DNA of 64,000 bases from Eledone cirrhosa (lineage: Eukaryota), in the NCBI GenBank assembly GCA_964016885.1, contig OZ024745.1, positions 90,086,001-90,150,000 of the forward strand, given 5' to 3'. Of the stretch, positions 56,671-64,000 are shown piece after piece. The position numbers and the translations under genes were made by a program. Position 1 is the stretch's first letter. Every line of letters begins with the position of its first letter. The notes beneath the pieces were generated by a model that saw only the letters and a list, made by a program, of their open reading frames with translations, made no database searches and had not been told where the DNA came from.

Positions 56671-59600
56671 TGGGGGGAGACTTCGGAGGGACATTTGTGG
56701 AGAAAGCCCAGTAAAAGGCCACAGTGACCCTGACCACCAAGGCAAGTGCCCTCTCCCAGTTTTCCACCTTTAATTTACAGATACGTACTCAGAGTTGGCC
56801 CATTCACTCGGGCCATTCTTGCTTCTCTCACCCATCTTTCAACAAAATGCTGGGAAGAGAGCACTTCCCTCTCTACTCTGATTTTGCTTTTCAAATGAAA
56901 TTTGAAAAAGTCAATCGGGGCATCACCGAAGAGGTAAGTGCTCGTCTTCAGCCCTTTCAAACGTGTCCACCATACTATCTCTTTCGCCATGGCCACCAGA
57001 CAGATAAAAACTGCCTGCCCTTCCCGGCTAAAGGAAGAGGGCGGAGCAATCTTCACGATGGACTCAGAAGATAGCCGGATCCGTCCTACACGCGACAGCA
57101 GGTGTTCGACATAAACCCACAAGTCAGTAATTTTCGGACACTGGACGAGTGCGTGCAGGACGGTTTCGTCGCCCTGCGCGCATCTTGGACATGCCCGGCT
57201 GACGGCACCTCCATGCCTATAGAGTTTATCCCGAACTGACAAGGCTTCTCGGTTGCACTGCCAGGTCAGAGATTTCTGGAAATTGTCCATAGGTCCCGGC
57301 CCGAAAGTTCTTCCGAAGAGATTGGCTAGTTGATTTTCGTCGACGCCTAGAGTTTCCCCAAGTACGTCGTCGCTTTTCCCCTCCACTAATCCTCTACAGA
57401 ACGCCGAGGTGGAGTTTCCACCGATCACATTGCCCGATTGGTCGATGGCTGTGAGCGCCTGAAGACATTATAGTCTCCAGGCGCTCCCTCTCGGTCTTCG
57501 CTTGACCCAGGACTGCAGCTCTGTCAAGGAAACGAGCTGGGGAAATACGTGTCTAGCAAACGGCGACCACACCTGATCACCGTCGAGGAAGAGGTGGAGA
57601 TGTCGTAGCCTGAGCGCGTATCTGCGCATCATCAGCCACGGCATGCCCAGCCCTCCACGTAGCGGGTGTTGACAGCAGATGAACCGCCTGACCATCGGAG
57701 CGCGTCCCTTCCACAAAAAGCGAAAGAGCAAACGCTCCAGCGCAGTCAGGCGGGGCTCAGGACAAGGTACGACGGTCATGCGGTAGCAGATGACAGACGC
57801 GATGTACGCGTTAGCCACCTCCGCTCGACCTTTCAGGGATAGCTTCCTCTCCGCCCATTTCTGAGTGAGAGAAGCCACCCTGCTCGTCACCTCGTCCCAG
57901 TTTTTGTCCGTCTGGAGGTCCGGACCGAACCAGACTCCTAGCAATTTAACCGGTCCGTCCGTCCAGCGTCCGACGACGCTGTTGGACGGCATGGACCTGC
58001 CTCTCCAGGTGCCGAGCTGCAGGCCAACTGACTTTTCCTGGTTGATCATTGCTCCTGTCACCGCTTCGTATTCTCTTAGTGTAGTGCCGATCACCTCGAT
58101 GTGTTTGGCGTTCGACACCACTACGGTGACATCGTCCGCATATGCTGACACGGATCTTCCGCATCCTAGTTCGCGCGAGACTCCCCTCAACGTCTCCAGT
58201 TTGTGCAGTAATGGCTCGAGAGTCAATATGTACAAGAGGGACGAGAGGGGACATCCTTGGCGGACCGAACGCATGATGTTGAACGGTTCCGACAGGTGAC
58301 CGTTCACTCTCACCACAGAGCAGACGTCGCTGTGCATGGCAGCGATCCAGCCGCCCTCAGGACTGCCGCTACGTAACGATGGTCGACCCTATCGAAAGCT
58401 TTCGACTGATCTAAATTGATCAAGGACCCACCCGTGCCAGATTCCCTAGCTACCCTATCTACGATGTATCACATGAGGTGGAGGTTGTCGTGGATGGATC
58501 TGTCGGGAATGGCGCATGTCTGCGCCTCTCCCACCAGACCACCAACGACAAGCGCCAACCTCTTTGCTATCACCTTGGCCAAAATCTTGAACTCTGTGTT
58601 TAGCAGCGTTATGGGCCTGAAATTATCTATGTTATCCCCCTTTTCGGATCCTTTCTCAGCAGTGCCACGGCTCCTCGACCCACAGAGCTGAAAATTCTCC
58701 TGTTCTGTTGCCAGTTGCAGTAGACGTCCGCCAAGAGGCCTCCGAACAAGTCTAGCATCTGTACGTAAAGTTCATAGGGCAGACCATCCAAACCAGGCGA
58801 TTTACCCCTTGTGCAACCAGTCATTCAGCGCCTCCCGTACTTCAGCGACTGTTATCGGCTTTTCGCAACACTTCGCCTCAGTGGTCGAGAGCCGCGGCAG
58901 TCCGTCGAGGTAGACACTAAAGTCCATCCCTCGACTCGGCCCACCGCTGCCCCCGAACAGCTGCGCGAAGTGTCGCTGAAAAGTTTCACACATTTGCCCG
59001 GGATCGAGTAGCATGCGCCCGTCGTGGTCCACCAAAGACCGGATCGTGGCTCTGTTGCCACGACGCGCCTCCGCCACTCGGGCCCATTGAACAGCTTTCG
59101 TCCTCTCGTGTCTGAGAGCACGCACCCTAGCTCTGACAACGCAGCCTTCGTGCTTTGCATTGAAGAATTGGTCAAGGGCCAATTTCGCCGCAAGCACGTC
59201 GGTCGCGATGCCTTTGCTAAGCGCCTCGTCTAATTTTCTAACTAGTTCTCCCTCTGCTCTATTTTTCTCTATTGCTAAAGCCTTACTAAACCTAATGGAT
59301 TCTATTCTAATCGCTCTTTTCAGAACAAACCACCACTTGCTGTTGACGATGGCCCCGTCAACGCCCGCTTAACTAGTTCGCTAATCCGGTCTCTGTAGGC
59401 GTTGCACGCTGGTAAGGACGCGTTTAACTTCCAGTAGCCGGGTCCTCGTCTATGAAGCCTATCTAAGTCAAGCACACAGATCACAAATTTGTGGTCCGTC
59501 TAGCTGACTATCTTGAATTGTGGACAGCCTATTCTAGACATATCTATTTCCCTACAAAATACTCTATCTAGATATGATCTGGATGACCCTATACGATTTG

Positions 59601-62500
59601 TCCAAGTCCACATTGGCACATTCGGGAAATCCAATCGCTACCTGTCAGACAGTTCAAACCGCCTGAGCAGGTTGGTGAGGCTCTTGCACTCTCCACCCCT
59701 ATCCGGTAATCCCACACAGTCCCAGCGTGCATCTAAGATCCCGTTCCAGTCGCCCACTAACACTAAAGCGCGGGACGTTCCAAGAAAGGTCTCCAGACGC
59801 CGGAAGAAATCAGGCCGCCCTGCTCCTGTCGGGTCATAGACGGCCACTAGCCTGAAAGCTTGCCCGTCTCCGCTGGTCACGTCCAGCCCCAGGCAGATGG
59901 CCCGTATGGCGAGATCCAAACCTCTCCGAAAAAGCACAGCAACTCCTCCCCCCGATCCAGGACGGCTGGGAGATGCGTACATATCGTAGCCGCCGAAGAT
60001 CGGTGTGAAGGCCCGTGCTTCGGAGATGCTGATCTCGCTGATGGCCTCTACATCTATGTTTAGTGACCTGAGTTCGTTGAGCAGGCGACCCTGCTTCCAT
60101 GACGACCCCAAGCCACGCGCATTTATGCTGCCTATTCTGAGTGAGGTCATGTTTAAAATGGAGTGGAAAAGATGGGAAAGACCACTTACCGTACTTTTCG
60201 TAGAGGAAGGATGGTTTCTCCATCCCTTTTCACTTGATCGTCTGGTAAATGGACCGTTGAATCGTCCCTTCAGCTGGTCGCCGGCTCTTCTATGAGTATG
60301 TCCGAATATACTCTCCGGTTGAGAGTCCCTCCTAGGTCTCTGAAATCACCAACTGCGTTGTGGAATTTCGTTTTAATGTTTGTGTATTGTTTCTGTGCTA
60401 TTTTTAGCAGTCTTATGTTCGTTGGCATTTTGATTGGTGCTGGTATTATGTAGTCGTGCTGTGAAATGTCTGTGTGTTCAATTATGTAAGTCATTAGTTT
60501 CTTGTTGTGTGTATTTATTGCCGTGCATTTATTTTTCTGGGGGTGGGGTGTGGTTCTGCTATTTTCTTGTCGTTGTTGCTGGGTGTGTGTGTTTTGTTGT
60601 TGTGTTTGCGATGTTGGTGCTTGTGGTGGTGGTGTTGAAGGTGTTGTTGTTGTTGGCGGTGGGGTTGTCGCCGGTAGTGATAGTGGTGCTAGTGTGGGTG
60701 GTGATGATGTTGGTGGTGTTGCTGCTGTGAGTCTCTTTGCAGTAGCCTTTACCCTTTTTTCATTTCTTTCCTCCCTTTTCGAAGGCGACGATGCGCTGCT
60801 TCTGCGTTTGTGCCTTCTTACGACATTTTGCCATCCCTCTCCCATCTCACACTCCATGTCTGATTCTGTAAGGTCGGGGAGGGGTACCAGCTCCACTCTT
60901 TCACTTGTTGTTGTTGGTGATGTTTGCAGTGGAGTCTCTGTTGCAGCTGCATTTGGTATTACTGTTGTTGTTGTTAATACTTCCACTGCTGCTGCTGTTC
61001 TTGATTTCCGTGCCACGGACCTATCGTTCCTGGTTGCCGCTTGTCCTGTTGCTGGTAGCCGTGGAGCCGGTTTCGGAAGGAGGGAGGTTTTCTCCTTTCT
61101 CAGGGTCTTCTCGTTGCAGAAGGCCCTTAGGTGAGTCTTCGATCCACAGCGAAAGCATTTCGGGCGTTTTCCCTCAACACTTATGGGCAATTGAGTGCCG
61201 TTATCGAAGTCTATCACATCCGGGATAGCTTCGATGCACTCCTGGTTGGTTTGGATTAACATCTCAATGGAGGTGCCGACCCAATCTTCTCTTACTTTTT
61301 TCTGTACTTGTAGTATAGTTGTTTTGTCCTCGATTCCGACGAGGACAGACGCGACCAGCCAAGAAGGGGCCATCCCGGGGGGGGACGTGGGTCAGTTTGA
61401 CCCTCACAATTTTTTGCCCGCAATAGGAGGGCACCAACACCATTTCCTCGCTAAGGATTGAGCCTTTGCCTCCTGGGGTGTGGCAAAAAGCACGTCTACG
61501 ATGGCATATTTCTTGCCTCGGGTGATATGCGTTTTCCGCTGCCACACAGACCCTAAGGCTTTTTGTATTTGAGCCTCTGTGGATCTTTCAACACTACGGG
61601 ATTTTGTGCTTACTGTACGGTACGTGACCCTACAGTGCTGTTGGGTTTCGAAAAGTTTTTCGGCTGCCTTGCAGATTGCTCGGTGTCTGGTTTTCGTCAC
61701 TATCTTCTTCGCTTCCTGTAATTCCTCATTTGTTATGAGGATGGTTTCCAGGTTCTTTGCGATACCTGCAAACGAGATTGGTTTTTCTTTGCTGCTGCTG
61801 CTGTTGTTGTTGTTGTTGTCGTCAGAGCTGCTGTTACTTTTGTTGTTCCTGCAGGTACTACGACTACTGCCGCCGCCGCTGTTGCTGTGGTTGTTGTTGC
61901 TGTTGCTGGTGTCGTTGTTGCTGTTGCTGCTAAAGCTGTTATTGTTTATGCTGCTGCTGATGCTGTTGCGGCTGCTACTGTTGTTTTCCTTGTCACTGTT
62001 GCTGCTGCTGCTCTTATTACGGCTGCTACTGCTATTATTCATGACGTCAGACGAATGAAGTGGGTTTTCGTATTTCCCGCACAACTTTTTCGTTGTTGTC
62101 GTCGTCGTGGTGGAGAAATGTTGCACGCTTTGCACGTGATTTTTCTTTACTGGCGTCGCTTGCGAAAGAGAAGGGAGGGAGAGAGACACATTTAGAGAAG
62201 GGAGGGAGAGAGACAATCTTCTCTCTGCTGTAGTGACGATTGAGGAAGAAGAAGACGGAATGAGTGGGAGTGACCTATGAACATTCTTTTTCGTAGTCAT
62301 GTTTTTTTTTTGTTTAAAATAAATATTGGGCACAAAACTCGAATAAGAGATCATTTAACCCCGAAGGGCCAAATAACGGGCAGAAAGGCCCCTCTCACGA
62401 GGAGGAGGGTGTTTTTGTCTACAATTTGGTTAAAGTTTTAAACAATTTACAATTGTTATAGCGGTCAAAATTTACAATACCCTACAGAGCCGAGCCTCCG
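56670..62500 (-). mobile_element. L1/Tx1-clade LINE, near full length, frameshifted
   Basis: ORF1 region 62354-60270 with zinc knuckle CFRCGSKTHLRAFC. ORF2 60150-56775: APE (GSINARGL, GDWN, DH), RT (KSPGLDGLPYE, SVRQGCPLS, AYADD, KLLGVWF) and C-terminal CPRC..ETVLHALVQC. Confidence 0.93.
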
Positions 62501-62515
62501 TCAACCATAGCATTC

Positions 62516-62581
<66 letters not shown>

Positions 62582-62620
62582 AAGAAGAAGAAGAAGAAGA
62601 AGAAGATTGATAATAATAAT
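62516..62620. repeat. (TAA)n(GAA)n microsatellite
   Basis: Directly visible. Confidence 0.95.
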
Positions 62621-62797
62621 TCTTTCTACTTTGGGCACAAGGCCAGCAATTACTCAGTGTATTACTGGTACTTTATTTTATCGACCCCGTAAGGATGAAA
62701 GGCAATGTTAACCTCGGCGGGATTTGAAATCAGATCATAAAGGGACGTAACTCTATGCTTCAAAGCATGGTGTCCGACTCTCTACCGATACTGCCAA
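62621..62797 (-). mobile_element. SINE family A
   Basis: Family body and B-box. Confidence 0.85.
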
Positions 62798-63500
62798 AAT
62801 AATAATAATGATAATATATAATCATAAAATATATATAAACATACTGAGTATTAAATGGACGAATTTCGCTTAACAGAGTCTAGGTGAACATTTAATATCT
62901 TTTTGCTGATAATAAGTGATAGATCTCATTGAAAGATCTCGAACAGAGAGTCATTGAGCTAATAATGTGTCTATATATAAATGATATTTAATTGCCTGAT
63001 CTGTTGACAGTGAGAAAACCTCAGCGCCATGTTGACGTCTTCTTAAATTACATTAGTAGAGTCGCTTCTATTGATGAATAGCAGCTTGTCATGACAAACC
63101 TATCAATAAATCATTTATATTACTAAACACTGCCCTCTCCTTTAGCCGTTCACTATAAGTTATATCAATTACGGTTTATATTTCATCTATTTATTTATTC
63201 TGTTCTGGTGATTACAAGAATATTTCACAAAGAGTAATTCAAAGCCAAATATTTCTTCAATATCACCCAATAATTTAATGAATATAAAAATAATAACTTT
63301 AACAAATATATAACACCTTGTTTGTGTTAGAGCCAAAGGAAAAAGACTATTGTAACAGCGATGTATTTGTTTTGTAAGGCTTTTGATATGAAATCGTGTG
63401 TTGAAACAGATATTGATAAGTTCTGCTCCATCGATCTCATTCCCGTTTTTTTCCTTCTCCTCTCTTCTTCTCTCTTCTCTCTCTCTCTCTCTCTCTCTCT

Positions 63501-63655
<155 letters not shown>

Positions 63656-63824
63656 GAAAATAGCAAACTTGACTGTCACCACAGAATATGAACCTGAAGA
63701 TTGCGAAAGCATGAAAGTACTTGTTCAATTAACACTTAACATTTAATATTCTACCATACTATTTCTAATACCATTATAAAGGATTGTAAATAAAACGAGT
63801 AAATCAGACAAAGTTTTATTAATA

Positions 63825-63855
<31 letters not shown>

Positions 63856-63898
63856 GAATGATATTAATAAATGGAAACTATATTTATAAAACCATATT

Positions 63899-63960
63899 TA
63901 TTCTATTATATATATTTCAAGGGTACCAAAACTTTGGTATGCCCTCATCAGATACAGATA
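63899..63960 (-). ncRNA. Minimal hammerhead ribozyme
   Basis: Reverse complement: TGTAT-CTGATGA-GGG C ATACCAA AGTT TTGGTAC C CTT-GAAA-TATATA-TA-ATAGA; stem I is imperfect. Confidence 0.75.
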
Positions 63961-64000
63961 AAATACAAAGTTTGTTTTATAAATATTGACATATCAAGAA

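Noticed and set aside
60434-62195. Hydrophobic plus-strand ORFs resembling membrane proteins
   Set aside because: Antisense readings of low-complexity parts of the L1/Tx1 ORF1 region.

Overview
AT-rich, microsatellite-dense eukaryotic DNA. The SINE and LINE repertoire and abundant (TA)n suggest a cephalopod, probably Octopus; this is an inference. The only host coding sequence recognised is one 203-bp minus-strand exon of an HSPA12-type Hsp70 gene (36570-36772), so most of the window is probably giant intron. It also holds a 10-kb 41-bp satellite, a decayed near-full-length Penelope-like element (PLE), RTE, R4/Dong and L1/Tx1 LINE relics, tRNA-derived SINEs and two Tc1/mariner-superfamily MITEs. 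The main unannotated signal is a dense set of PLE-related, (TA)n-flanked fold-back elements carrying over a dozen minimal hammerhead ribozyme motifs. One ~870-bp fold-back, present twice in tandem, has arms that differ almost only by A-to-G changes on the minus strand. That pattern fits an ADAR-hyperedited dsRNA reverse-transcribed back into the genome. All alignments and folds were done by eye, and repeat boundaries are approximate.
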